A stretch of DNA of 64,000 nt from Prochlorococcus sp. AG-363-O15 (GTDB lineage: Bacteria; Cyanobacteriota; Cyanobacteriia; PCC-6307; Cyanobiaceae), in assembly GCA_003278255.1 (NCBI GenBank), contig QCFZ01000003.1:55450-119449 (forward strand). Direction: 5' to 3'. This document shows, piece after piece, positions 38,616 to 47,502 of this stretch (positions are counted from its first letter, which is position 1; every line of letters starts with the position of its first letter). Position numbers and translations under genes: made by a program. The notes beneath the pieces were generated by a model. It had not been told where the DNA came from and did no database searches. It saw only the letters and a program-made list of their open reading frames with translations.

Positions 38616-39011
38616 ATGAAACTTACTAACGAAGAATGGGAACTAAAGCTTAGTCCAGAGCAATATCAGGTGACTAGAAAAGGAGGAACTGAAAGAGCAT
38701 TTACTGGTGCTTATTGGAATCACAAAGAAAAAGGTATTTATGATTGCATTTGTTGCAGTGAAAGTCTATTTAGATCTAATGAAAAATTCAATTCAGGTAC
38801 AGGGTGGCCAAGTTTTTGGGATAGTATTCAACAACACTCAATAAAAACAAAGACTGACTTCAGTCATGGCATGATGCGAACAGAAGTAATTTGTGCCACA
38901 TGTAATGCACATCTTGGTCATTTATTTAATGATGGCCCCCAACCTACTGGTAAACGTTACTGTATCAATAGTGCTTCTCTTAAATTCAGAAAAGACAATG
39001 AACTTGATTAA
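38616..39011 (+). CDS. msrB: Peptide-methionine (R)-S-oxide reductase
   Basis: SelR motifs: zinc CxxC pairs (CICC.., [12 protein letters not shown]) and the catalytic RYCINS. Confidence 0.9.
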   Translation: MKLTNEEWELKLSPEQYQVTRKGGTERAFTGAYWNHKEKGIYDCICCSESLFRSNEKFNSGTGWPSFWDSIQQHSIKTKTDFSHGMMRTEVICATCNAHLGHLFNDGPQPTGKRYCINSASLKFRKDNELD

Positions 39012-39013
39012 TA

Positions 39014-40054
39014 TCACCAAGGATCCTCAACTTCATTTACTTCTTTTCGCTTTTTAGAATCATCAAAGACTTTTTCAGGAGGATTAGAAATATCTAAAGG
39101 CTCGACATCTAGAGGCTCTTCTGGACTCTGAATAGGTCTTCTGGAAGCAGGTCTAGGTCTTAGTGATGATTCATCTTCATCAGCCTCGTAGACATCTTTC
39201 CTCAGAGATTTTTCAGATTCATATGTATTATAATCATTGACAGATGTAATGAAAGGTTCATCCAAATATCGACGTTGTGATAATTCTTCCTGTGTTCTAT
39301 CTTGTAACTCAACATACTCAAACTCCTCTTCTTGTGCAAGAGAATCTGTCGAAGAAGCGTTGAGTATTTTTTGATCTTCAGAAATACTTTCTCCAGAGAT
39401 CAACTGATTCTCTACAGGTACAAGATTTACGCGATAACGATCCCTCTCTTGCTCTTCCCAACTAGATCCCCCAACTCCAAGCTTTTCAAGAAAACCACTA
39501 TTGAGTTGTTTTAATTTCTCTTCTGCGCCTTCATAAACAATTATTCGGTCAGCACCACTACTTACGATTTCATCTACAGGAATTTCCCATGTACTAAGTA
39601 CTCCTTCTCCAAGTAAAGGAACACCCAGTGCACCCATTACTAAAGAAGTCAACTCACCAGTTTCAATATCAAAAGAAAAACCAAGAACCCTTCCCAATTG
39701 TTGACCAGATTCTGTAATTACCTGACAGTTAATAACCCTGCTATATCTTTCTGGAGAAAAACCCTCACTTAATGAATCAGCTGAATCAACAAGTATTACG
39801 TCACCAACTTGCTTAATACGCTCTAAAGGCATCCAACGAGGTAATCCAGGTAAAAAACGAGTTAATGGGTTATCTCTCAAGCCAAGTGCTACAACTTCAC
39901 GACGATCAATATCAACAACAACTTCACCAACAACGCCAAGACGTCGCCCTGTATCACGGGTAATAACCTGAGTGCCCATGAGCTCTGAACGAAGCCATAG
40001 GCGATCGCTGGGGATACTGTCCAGCGATTCATTTGGGGGTTGGGTATTTGTCAA
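39014..40054 (-). CDS. PRC-barrel domain protein with an acidic disordered C-terminal tail
   Basis: Two PRC-barrel-like repeats (GTQVITRDTGRRLGVVGEVVVDIDRREVVALGL ; NCQVITESGQQLGRVLGFSFDIETGELTSL). Confidence 0.65.
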   Translation of the reverse strand: MTNTQPPNESLDSIPSDRLWLRSELMGTQVITRDTGRRLGVVGEVVVDIDRREVVALGLRDNPLTRFLPGLPRWMPLERIKQVGDVILVDSADSLSEGFSPERYSRVINCQVITESGQQLGRVLGFSFDIETGELTSLVMGALGVPLLGEGVLSTWEIPVDEIVSSGADRIIVYEGAEEKLKQLNSGFLEKLGVGGSSWEEQERDRYRVNLVPVENQLISGESISEDQKILNASSTDSLAQEEEFEYVELQDRTQEELSQRRYLDEPFITSVNDYNTYESEKSLRKDVYEADEDESSLRPRPASRRPIQSPEEPLDVEPLDISNPPEKVFDDSKKRKEVNEVEDPW

Positions 40055-40117
40055 ACGCAGGCCTTCTGTCGAGAGCGAATCGTGTGCATTTTGGCTTAAG
40101 ACAATAATTAAGCCATT

Positions 40118-43100
40118 TCAGGCAGCATCAGGTAAACCAACAACTTGTGTATGAGAACCACGAGCTTGAGTTACACCGATGGTGCGATGAGAAGCACCTA
40201 TCATCGGACGTCGATGGCTAACAACCAAAAACTGAGCCTGTTCAGCCTGCCGAGATATGAGTGCTGAAAGACGTTCAACATTTACTCCGTCAAGAAAACT
40301 ATCGACCTCATCTAGTGCATAAAAGGGAGAAGGACGAAACCGTTGTAAAGCAAACAGAAAACTCAATGCAGTTAAAGACTTTTCTCCTCCAGACATAGCG
40401 GCTAAGCGCCTAACTGCTTTTCCTTTGGGATGAGCTACTAGGGTCAATCCTCCCTCTAACGGATCATCAGCATTGTCCAGTTGGAGATGGCCATCTCCCT
40501 CTGAAAGGCTGGCAAATATTTCCCGAAAATGCCTATCAACAGCTTCAAAAGCCTCCATAAAAGCTTCCTGTCGAAGGGTTCCAACTGTTTCAATCCGCAG
40601 TAAAAGTTCAGAACGTTCTTCACTAAGTACCTGCAATTTCTCTAATAGATCATTAAGCCTATTTTCTAATTGATCTAATTCTTCCAAAGCCAACATATTG
40701 ACAGGTTCTAAAGCTTCCATTTTTTGTCTTACTTGATCTAATTCAGCTTGAAGAACTTCCAGCCCCATAGTACGTAAATCATCTGATATTTCAGGTAATG
40801 GATCTGGAAGATTTTTTTGCAATTCTTCTAATCTAATTGTTCCATTTCTAAGATTTTCGGTAATAGTTAAACGATCTTCTTTTAAACGCTCCAAATTCCA
40901 TTGTGATTCCTGAAATTTATGCCGTAAATCAGAGACTTTAACTTCTGCAACATCTCTTGCACGTCGTTCCTCTCCAAATTGTGCTTGCAATTGTTTTTGT
41001 TCATTTTCCAATTTTTGTCGACGGTTTTGTATGTTTACCTTTTCATCCTTCCATTGCAAATGTGCATTCGCTAAAGATTGAACTGATTCCTTTAGGCGAT
41101 CCTCCTCAGTAAGCAATACCTTATATTGGTCTTCAAGACGTTGTCTATCAAGATTTCTTTGTCGTTGTTCATTTAATAATTCATCTCTCTTACTTCGAGC
41201 AGTTTCAAGTGTTAAATCAGCGACTTCAAGATCTTTTTGCAAACACTGCCAATTTTGGGCCTCCCCCTCTGATTGATCGAATGTATTTTCATCATCTAAT
41301 TCTTTTAGGGTAGTAACTAAAGGAGATATCTCCTTTGAAATTTCTTGAATTCTGCTTTTATGATCTTCTCTAGTTTTTATCATTAATTCTAATCTTTCAG
41401 ACCTTTCTCTTCGATGCTCTAAGATTGGTTCATTTGAGCGGAGTGATGCACTGCGTTCTGCTTCTAAAGCTACTTGACGCTGCTCTATCGCTCTTAATTG
41501 AGGGCGAGCATCATTTAGAAATTTCTCCTTTATATTCTCAGATTTACGACATTCAATAAGAGTTTCTCCAAGTTCTAATAATCTTCTTCGTAAAGGCTCT
41601 ATTTCATCTCTTTCTTTAGTTGTACCAAAACTAAGTGAAAAGATTTTCCCAGCAAAACTTCCACCCGTCATGGCGCCACTTTTCTCTAAAAGCTCACCAT
41701 CTAATGTGACTGCTCTATGCTTAGCAAGCTGACTTCTTGCAGATTGCAAATTAGTAAAAACAAGCGTTTCTCCAAATACATACGAAAATACATCAGCATA
41801 AATTGATTCGAATCGCACTAAATCTATGGCTCTTCCAAGACAACCTTGACTTTGATTATTTGACCCAGACTGTCTACCTCTTAGTAAAACTTTATTCAAG
41901 CTATTTCCTGAAGTAATAATTCGATTTAAAGGCAAAAATGTCAACCTACCGGCTTTACGTTTTTTGAGTAATTGAATTGCTTGAGATGCTATACGATCAT
42001 CATCAACTACAACATGACCAAGTCTGACACCTGCAGCTACATCTAAAGCCAGGCGTTGTGAATCATCTACTTCACCTAATTTTGCAACAGGACCATGAAT
42101 GCCTTCCAAACCTGATTCCAAAAGCATACTTAAAGCACTTGTTCCTCTACTTTCATGGAGAGTTTCGCGACGACTTTCCAACCTAGCAATATCTCTCTCA
42201 AGTTTCATTTGTTCTTGTTCAAGACGAATACGGGTTCGTTGTTGAATAGATAGGTCTTCAACCGCCTGATTAATCTTCTGTTTTTGATCAACTATATTCG
42301 CTTCAATTTTTTTCAGCTCCTCATCAATTCTATTTAATTGTTCATCAACTTGTTTATTTTCAACTGCATCTCGCTTGAGATCTGATTCCAGTTCATTTTG
42401 CCTCTCATCAATTTGAATCAATCTTTCCTCAAGTTTTTGCTGCTCCTTTTGTAGTGGTTCAAGAGAAGATTGTATTGTTTGGCGTTGCAAGCTGCTTTCT
42501 CGTTGTTGTTCCAACCAAGCACCTGAACGTCCTGCAACTTCACCCAGTCGTCTACGTGTTACTTCTACGGCAGCTTCAGCATCTCGGCAAGACTTCTCAG
42601 CTTCTAGCAATAATTTTTCAGAAGATTGATCTACTTTATCTTTATTTTCCTTTTGAATTTCTTGTCTTCTAGAAAACAAATTTTGTCTAAGAGTTTGTAA
42701 CTTTTCGCCTTCTTCTTTATGTTGAGTAGCTTGACGCTCTAATTCTCGATCCTGTGTATCTAAACCAGCTATTTCTCCTTGAACAGCAATTAATTTATCT
42801 TCACCAAGCGCTTTAACATTTGCCTGTAAAATAGACAAGGCTTTTATAGCATTTTCTAATTTATTTTCACTTTCTAAAAGTAGATGTTTATCTCTTTTTT
42901 CTTTTTCTTCTAATCGTTGAGATTCATTTTTTAAATCAATTAGCTCTTGCTTAGATGCTTCAAAAGACAAAACCAGTTCTTGTTTTTTACCTACTTGAAG
43001 TTTGTCTCGCAAAGACTGATAGGTTCGAGCTTTTGCACAATCTCTTTCCAATCTCTGTCTTGCAGAGAGAAGTTCTTGTTGAACAATTTCACAACGCTCT

Positions 43101-43726
43101 TGTCGTTCATGAACAGCATCTAGCTTGCTACGAGTTTGTTCAATCCGATTATCAAAGAGTGCCACACCAGCTAATTCATCAATCAACCCTCGGCGATCTC
43201 TATTACTCATCGAAACAATTCTTGTCACATCACCCTGCATCACTACATTGCTTCCCTCTGGATCAATCCTTAAGCGTCTCAATTGAGTTTGCAGTTGCTG
43301 AAGATTGCAAGCTTCACCATCACTTGCATAGCTCGAGCTATAAGACCCCCCTGGCATTACACGCAAACGACGTGTAACTGTCCATTCTTTTTGATTCGAT
43401 TTGATCCAAGGTCCTTCCGAAGGTGGTTCTAAACCATCCTCTGCAAGATCAGGCTGCCAATCACTTAGATCAAAACGAACACTAACTATAGTTTCAGCAG
43501 ATTTACCTTGTCGAAGAACGCCACTATTTACAAGGTCTGTCAACCTATCAGCTCGCATTCCTCTACTAGTAGCTAACCCTAAACAAAAGAGAACACCGTC
43601 AAGAATATTGCTCTTTCCAGAACCATTAGGACCAGTAACTACTGTAAATCCCTCCTCAAGAGGGATTGTCATAGCCCCACCAAAGGACTTGAAATGCTTT
43701 AACTCGACCTGATTGATATAAACCAA
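40118..43726 (-). CDS. smc: Chromosome segregation protein SMC
   Basis: N-terminal Walker A GPNGSGKSN, long coiled coils, a central hinge, and C-terminal LSGGEKSLTA plus Walker B YALDEVD; 1202 aa. Confidence 0.95.
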   Translation of the reverse strand: MVYINQVELKHFKSFGGAMTIPLEEGFTVVTGPNGSGKSNILDGVLFCLGLATSRGMRADRLTDLVNSGVLRQGKSAETIVSVRFDLSDWQPDLAEDGLEPPSEGPWIKSNQKEWTVTRRLRVMPGGSYSSSYASDGEACNLQQLQTQLRRLRIDPEGSNVVMQGDVTRIVSMSNRDRRGLIDELAGVALFDNRIEQTRSKLDAVHERQERCEIVQQELLSARQRLERDCAKARTYQSLRDKLQVGKKQELVLSFEASKQELIDLKNESQRLEEKEKRDKHLLLESENKLENAIKALSILQANVKALGEDKLIAVQGEIAGLDTQDRELERQATQHKEEGEKLQTLRQNLFSRRQEIQKENKDKVDQSSEKLLLEAEKSCRDAEAAVEVTRRRLGEVAGRSGAWLEQQRESSLQRQTIQSSLEPLQKEQQKLEERLIQIDERQNELESDLKRDAVENKQVDEQLNRIDEELKKIEANIVDQKQKINQAVEDLSIQQRTRIRLEQEQMKLERDIARLESRRETLHESRGTSALSMLLESGLEGIHGPVAKLGEVDDSQRLALDVAAGVRLGHVVVDDDRIASQAIQLLKKRKAGRLTFLPLNRIITSGNSLNKVLLRGRQSGSNNQSQGCLGRAIDLVRFESIYADVFSYVFGETLVFTNLQSARSQLAKHRAVTLDGELLEKSGAMTGGSFAGKIFSLSFGTTKERDEIEPLRRRLLELGETLIECRKSENIKEKFLNDARPQLRAIEQRQVALEAERSASLRSNEPILEHRRERSERLELMIKTREDHKSRIQEISKEISPLVTTLKELDDENTFDQSEGEAQNWQCLQKDLEVADLTLETARSKRDELLNEQRQRNLDRQRLEDQYKVLLTEEDRLKESVQSLANAHLQWKDEKVNIQNRRQKLENEQKQLQAQFGEERRARDVAEVKVSDLRHKFQESQWNLERLKEDRLTITENLRNGTIRLEELQKNLPDPLPEISDDLRTMGLEVLQAELDQVRQKMEALEPVNMLALEELDQLENRLNDLLEKLQVLSEERSELLLRIETVGTLRQEAFMEAFEAVDRHFREIFASLSEGDGHLQLDNADDPLEGGLTLVAHPKGKAVRRLAAMSGGEKSLTALSFLFALQRFRPSPFYALDEVDSFLDGVNVERLSALISRQAEQAQFLVVSHRRPMIGASHRTIGVTQARGSHTQVVGLPDAA

Positions 43727-43783
43727 CAGGACTCAAGCTATAAGCGACTAAACCTTAGCGAACCTATAGAAAAGCTCAAGTGG

Positions 43784-44179
43784 CTATAGATCAGAATTTG
43801 CAAAAGATTCAAAGGAGTTCAATCTGCATAAGTTGTTTTCAATATGCAAGATCCCTGAAAGACCGTTCCCACTGATTGATATATGGACAGACTCATGCTC
43901 ATTTTTTGGAAGCTGACCCTCGAAAAAACCCTTTTTTACTGGCTGGACCGAACCTCTTCCTTTTGACAGGACACACGCTTCTTTGTCCAGCCAAACAAGT
44001 CTGTGCTCAGGCATCAATCGAGCATGTACTGCAGGACCATCCAAAAAAGGAATTGCATTTAAGCGCCATGTTCTACAAGCGGAACCATATTCCAATAACA
44101 AATCAAAATGAATACCTAGAGGATCATCTAGGGCGCCTCTATGTTCCATAAGGACCCATCGACAGGATTCATTCATCAA
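43784..44179 (-). CDS. Hypothetical protein; possible standalone LigD-N (3'-phosphoesterase)-like domain
   Basis: RWVLMEHRGALDDPLGIHFDLLLEYGSACRTWRL...MPEHRLVWLD resembles the H.D.RLE ... W..P.G ... H core of the LigD phosphoesterase domain. By-eye comparison only. Confidence 0.4.
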   Translation of the reverse strand: MMNESCRWVLMEHRGALDDPLGIHFDLLLEYGSACRTWRLNAIPFLDGPAVHARLMPEHRLVWLDKEACVLSKGRGSVQPVKKGFFEGQLPKNEHESVHISISGNGLSGILHIENNLCRLNSFESFANSDL

Positions 44180-44206
44180 AAAAGATCTTGCAAATTTATA
44201 CGAAAT

Positions 44207-44431
44207 CTAGTCGGATTTATTTTTCTTTAAACCAAATAATCTTTGTTCCGCTTCTACTGCTCTTTTAGTTGCCCAATTAGCTATAGCACTTTTTTTTTGA
44301 TGTAATTCTAGAAGTTCTATTGCTATTTCACGCAAGATTTCTATATCATTGCATTCATAAATAGTACGACTTAGTTTTTCAGCTTGGAACCTAAGATGAA
44401 GGGTAGGCTCTATAGGATCGTCTATTGGCAC
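44207..44431 (-). CDS. Hypothetical 74-aa helical protein; weak NblA-like pattern
   Basis: ORF only. LHLRFQAEKLSRTIYECNDIEILREIAIELLELHQKK aligns by eye with the two-helix NblA core (LS.EQQF..R.....V...S.......L..L..Q). Confidence 0.35.
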   Translation of the reverse strand: MPIDDPIEPTLHLRFQAEKLSRTIYECNDIEILREIAIELLELHQKKSAIANWATKRAVEAEQRLFGLKKNKSD

Positions 44432-44522
44432 GAAACAAATAAAATTTTATTTATTATATATTTTTGAATATCACTTGTCTTAATTTTAACGATTCATGTA
44501 AATAATAAAATGATATTTGCAT

Positions 44523-44561
44523 GAAAAAATTTCCAGCAAAAACTAGCAAAGAAATTGCTGG
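44523..44561 (-). terminator. Candidate intrinsic terminator (7-bp stem CCAGCAA/TTGCTGG, then AAATTTTTT on the minus strand)
   Basis: Read directly from the sequence. The loop is large (15 nt), so this is a weak candidate. Confidence 0.3.
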
Positions 44562-44596
44562 GTATCTTCAGATTTTATTGCTGCTTGAGCCTGATT

Positions 44597-44719
44597 TTAT
44601 TTTGCCTCTGGAACAAATCTGAGTGCAATGAATAAAAGGCTCCCAGCTCCAGCAATAGCAGCCAAAACTAAACCGAGGCTGGTAGGAGTGGTATTGGACG
44701 CAAAAAGAATTGCAGACAT
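44597..44719 (-). CDS. Small (40 aa) single-TM protein
   Basis: Hand-translated ORF: MSAILFASNTTPTSLGLVLAAIAGAGSLLFIALRFVPEAK. A hairpin plus T-run follows on the same strand (44523..44561). Confidence 0.35.
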   Translation of the reverse strand: MSAILFASNTTPTSLGLVLAAIAGAGSLLFIALRFVPEAK

Positions 44720-44953
44720 GCCGACGTCCCTGGTTCGATGTAAAAGACTTCGAACGTCTAGCACTAGAAGCATTTATATAGCAATAAATGTAAGAAAAGG
44801 CGACGCCTCAAAGCCCTGAGCAAGTGACCCTAATAGCAGTGCTAATAACCTTATCGGCAGAGCCTGCAAGAGGTTTCATCTGGAAAGCTGGACAAATTAA
44901 AGGGTTCCCCTTGGGCACAGAGCTACCTAAGATTTATTAAAAGTCTGGATTTT

Positions 44954-45418
44954 ATGGAATTACAGGATTCCGCATCCGACGAACCGCAAACAAAAGTTGA
45001 GAACGCTCCTCAGCCGACTCAAGAGCTCTCAGACCTATGGTTTAGTGAGAGATTTGAAAGCTTGCTGCCTCGAATTCAAGAACGGTGGCCTGAGTTGGCC
45101 CAACAAACCCTGGAAGCAACACGAGGAAGCTTGGATGAAGTTGTGCGAGTTATTTCAGAACATTCGGGAAGAACAACTACAGGGGTGCAAGAACAGCTCG
45201 AAGATTTATTTAATTCTGCTAGTGATCAAACCAAACATCTTGCTGAAAGTTTGCAACCCTTAGAAGAGCAACTAGAGGAGCTTTTGGATGAATTAAACAG
45301 TTCTCTAAGACCTCGAATAGAAGAACCAGTGCGAAAAAGACCTTTGTTAGCCATTGGCATGGCTGCTGGAATCGGGTTACTACTAGGGATCCTTGTAGCT
45401 GGAGGGAGAAAGTCCTAA
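44954..45418 (+). CDS. Tail-anchored stress-type protein, DUF883 (ElaB/YqjD)-like C-terminus
   Basis: An acidic coiled-coil body ends in RPLLAIGMAAGIGLLLGILVAGG, which matches the ElaB/YqjD C-terminal anchor pattern. Confidence 0.55.
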   Translation: MELQDSASDEPQTKVENAPQPTQELSDLWFSERFESLLPRIQERWPELAQQTLEATRGSLDEVVRVISEHSGRTTTGVQEQLEDLFNSASDQTKHLAESLQPLEEQLEELLDELNSSLRPRIEEPVRKRPLLAIGMAAGIGLLLGILVAGGRKS

Positions 45419-45805
45419 ATGAAAGAAGCAGAACGTTCAAGAGGTTTAGGGGCAGCAGCTCGCGTAACAGCATTAGCCAGTTCAGTAATGGACTTGCATG
45501 TGCGCATTGCGTTACAGGAAATGGATCGAGAAAAGCGAAGACTTATTAGTGGTTTAATTTTTTTAGCGATGGGTGGAGTCTTCTTATTATTTTCTCTATT
45601 AGCAAGCGAAATCTTTCTATTACTTTGGATGAAAGACACTCTGCAATTGAAGCTAGACTTGACTTTATTGACAATAGGATTAATAAATATAATCTTAGCC
45701 GGTCTCAGCTTAAGGATTGGAGGACAGCTTGCTAAAGGACCATACTTACCTGAAACTCTGGAAGGGATTTCAAAAACAACAAAGGCAGTTCTAGGAAAGT
45801 CTTAA
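45419..45805 (+). CDS. YqjE-like (DUF1469 / 'holin-X'-type) two-TM membrane protein
   Basis: The start codon immediately follows the upstream stop (TAA-ATG). The sequence LHVRIALQEMDREKRRLISGLIFLAMGGVFLLFSLL fits the YqjE pattern. Confidence 0.5.
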   Translation: MKEAERSRGLGAAARVTALASSVMDLHVRIALQEMDREKRRLISGLIFLAMGGVFLLFSLLASEIFLLLWMKDTLQLKLDLTLLTIGLINIILAGLSLRIGGQLAKGPYLPETLEGISKTTKAVLGKS

Positions 45806-46938
45806 TGAATTGAATAATTCAACCACCGACAATCAATTCCTCCATTATTTACTGGAAAACGTCTATTACATTTCATACCGAGAAATTTACTCAACTTGGG
45901 ATTTCCACTAAGTAACCATAGCTCCCATCCTGAAGCTTTTTGCTTACAAAAGTGACCTAATTCTTTATATATTTGCACCAGATCTTCTTCATGACCTATC
46001 CTTTTCCCATAAGGAGGATTGCAAACAATAATCCCTTTTTCTTCAGGCATAGATAGTTCTCTAAAATGACTAATTTGAATATTTATTTTATTCTCAAGGC
46101 CAATATTTGAAAGGTTTTGTCTAGCTTGGCCAGCTATTGCGAGGACTTGTTCGCAACCAACAATCTTTGGTAAATGTTGACAAGTTAATTCTTTACTTTT
46201 TGCTAATTCTAATTCATAGTTCCAAAGATTCTGGTCAAAATCAACCCAACTATGAAATAAAAAAGATTGCTTAATCCCAGGCACTAGTTGAAGAGCCATG
46301 CTAGCTGCTTCAAGCAAAAAAGTACCTGAACCACAAAGAGGATCTACTAGGGGCACTAAACCATTCCATCCTGTCAAGCGAATTAAACCAGCAGCAAGAT
46401 TTTCCTTAAGAGGTGCATTTCCAACAGCTAACTTATATCCACGTCTATGAAGACTTTGCCTAGAACCATCAAGACTTAAAGTAGCAATATCATTACTCAA
46501 ATGAACATGTAAGCATAAATCTGGTTGCTTCAAATTTATATCAGATCTAGTACACCATCTATCTCTTTGCAAATCTACTAAAGCATTCTTAACTTCTAAA
46601 GCAGTAAAATGAGTATGTGGTAATCCAAAGCATTTACCTGAAATATCAACTCTAAAACTCATCGAAGGATGAAGCCATTTATCCCAATTAAGGGCTTCTT
46701 GAATACCTAGATATAGAGAATCTCGATCAAAGCATTTGAACCGAGCCATCTCTCTCAAGATACGAAAAGGCAATCTTGCTTGAAGATGCAAACGATAAAA
46801 ACAAGCAAGATCAGCTTCAAAAAAAACTATTCGTCTGAAAGGTCGAACATTTTTAGCTCCAAAAAATCTGAGCTCATCTGCTCCCTCTTGCTCAAGACCT
46901 TGAGGGAGAACAGCTGTGGCCTTAATTTCCAAGTTCAC
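45802..46938 (-). CDS. THUMP-domain RNA (guanine-N2) methyltransferase, RlmL-N/UPF0020-like
   Basis: SAM motif DPLCGSGTFLLEA and catalytic NPPYG, with an N-terminal THUMP-like region. Confidence 0.8.
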   Translation of the reverse strand: MNLEIKATAVLPQGLEQEGADELRFFGAKNVRPFRRIVFFEADLACFYRLHLQARLPFRILREMARFKCFDRDSLYLGIQEALNWDKWLHPSMSFRVDISGKCFGLPHTHFTALEVKNALVDLQRDRWCTRSDINLKQPDLCLHVHLSNDIATLSLDGSRQSLHRRGYKLAVGNAPLKENLAAGLIRLTGWNGLVPLVDPLCGSGTFLLEAASMALQLVPGIKQSFLFHSWVDFDQNLWNYELELAKSKELTCQHLPKIVGCEQVLAIAGQARQNLSNIGLENKINIQISHFRELSMPEEKGIIVCNPPYGKRIGHEEDLVQIYKELGHFCKQKASGWELWLLSGNPKLSKFLGMKCNRRFPVNNGGIDCRWLNYSIH

Positions 46939-47024
46939 TTATTCTGCAATTAATTGTTTAAGTGAAAAAGACATATAACCCATAAATTTAGCCATTCCTG
47001 TAAGAATGTAATTGTTCATTTTCT

Positions 47025-47300
47025 AATGAACTAGGTGATCCACACCAGTAACTCGGACAGCGGTTCGATTCCGCTCAGCTCCATTGCTCCAACAATTCAT
47101 GGGGCTGCAATGGTTTCGACGGGGTATGAGGAGGGTGACTGAAACCTGCTCGGTAAGAGCAACTACGTAACCGCGAACAACATCGTTCGTTTCTCCCGTC
47201 AGACAGCCCCTGTAGCTGCCTGAACCTTTTAAAGGAGATGGGGTGAGGTCAGCCTTATCACCCAAATGACTCATGAGGGCTGGAAGGCCCTCACTTTTTA
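47025..47300 (+). ncRNA. ssrA: Circularly permuted (two-piece) tmRNA gene; outer boundaries approximate
   Basis: The T arm plus 3' acceptor strand (TCGGACAGCGGTTCGATTCCGCTCAGCTCCA, 47053..47083) lies upstream of the 5' acceptor strand (GGGGCTGCAATGGTTTCGACGGGG, 47101..). GGGGCTG pairs with CAGCTCC, including G3:U. The tag ORF GCG AAC AAC ATC GTT CGT TTC TCC CGT CAG ACA GCC CCT GTA GCT GCC TGA (47173..47223) encodes ANNIVRFSRQTAPVAA. Confidence 0.9.
47274..47299 (+). terminator. Intrinsic terminator of ssrA (TGAGGGC-TGGAAG-GCCCTCA followed by CTTTTT)
   Basis: A GC-rich 7-bp stem and a T-run, read directly from the sequence. Confidence 0.7.
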
Positions 47301-47502
47301 TATAAATAAAATTATTTGTTCAAACTAATCAAGATATGCCCAGCCAATATGAAACTTACATATAGAAAAGATTCAATTAAATTTATCGACATATATCAAT
47401 AGAGAAAAAAGGAGGTATAAAGGCTCAAAAATATTATTAAGACAGATCTAAGCAAAAGCAGATCTTCTAATTAAAATAGACTGCGAAACAAAAGGAACTT
47501 AT

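Noticed and set aside
44628-44819. 63-aa plus-strand ORF (Arg/Lys/Ala-rich)
   Set aside because: It overlaps the more plausible 40-aa TM ORF on the minus strand, which has a downstream hairpin and T-run. The plus-strand product looks like translated antisense.
47023-47274. 83-aa minus-strand ORF from the track
   Set aside because: It lies entirely antisense to the tmRNA gene, whose tRNA-like halves, tag ORF and terminator explain the region. The translated sequence has no recognisable features.
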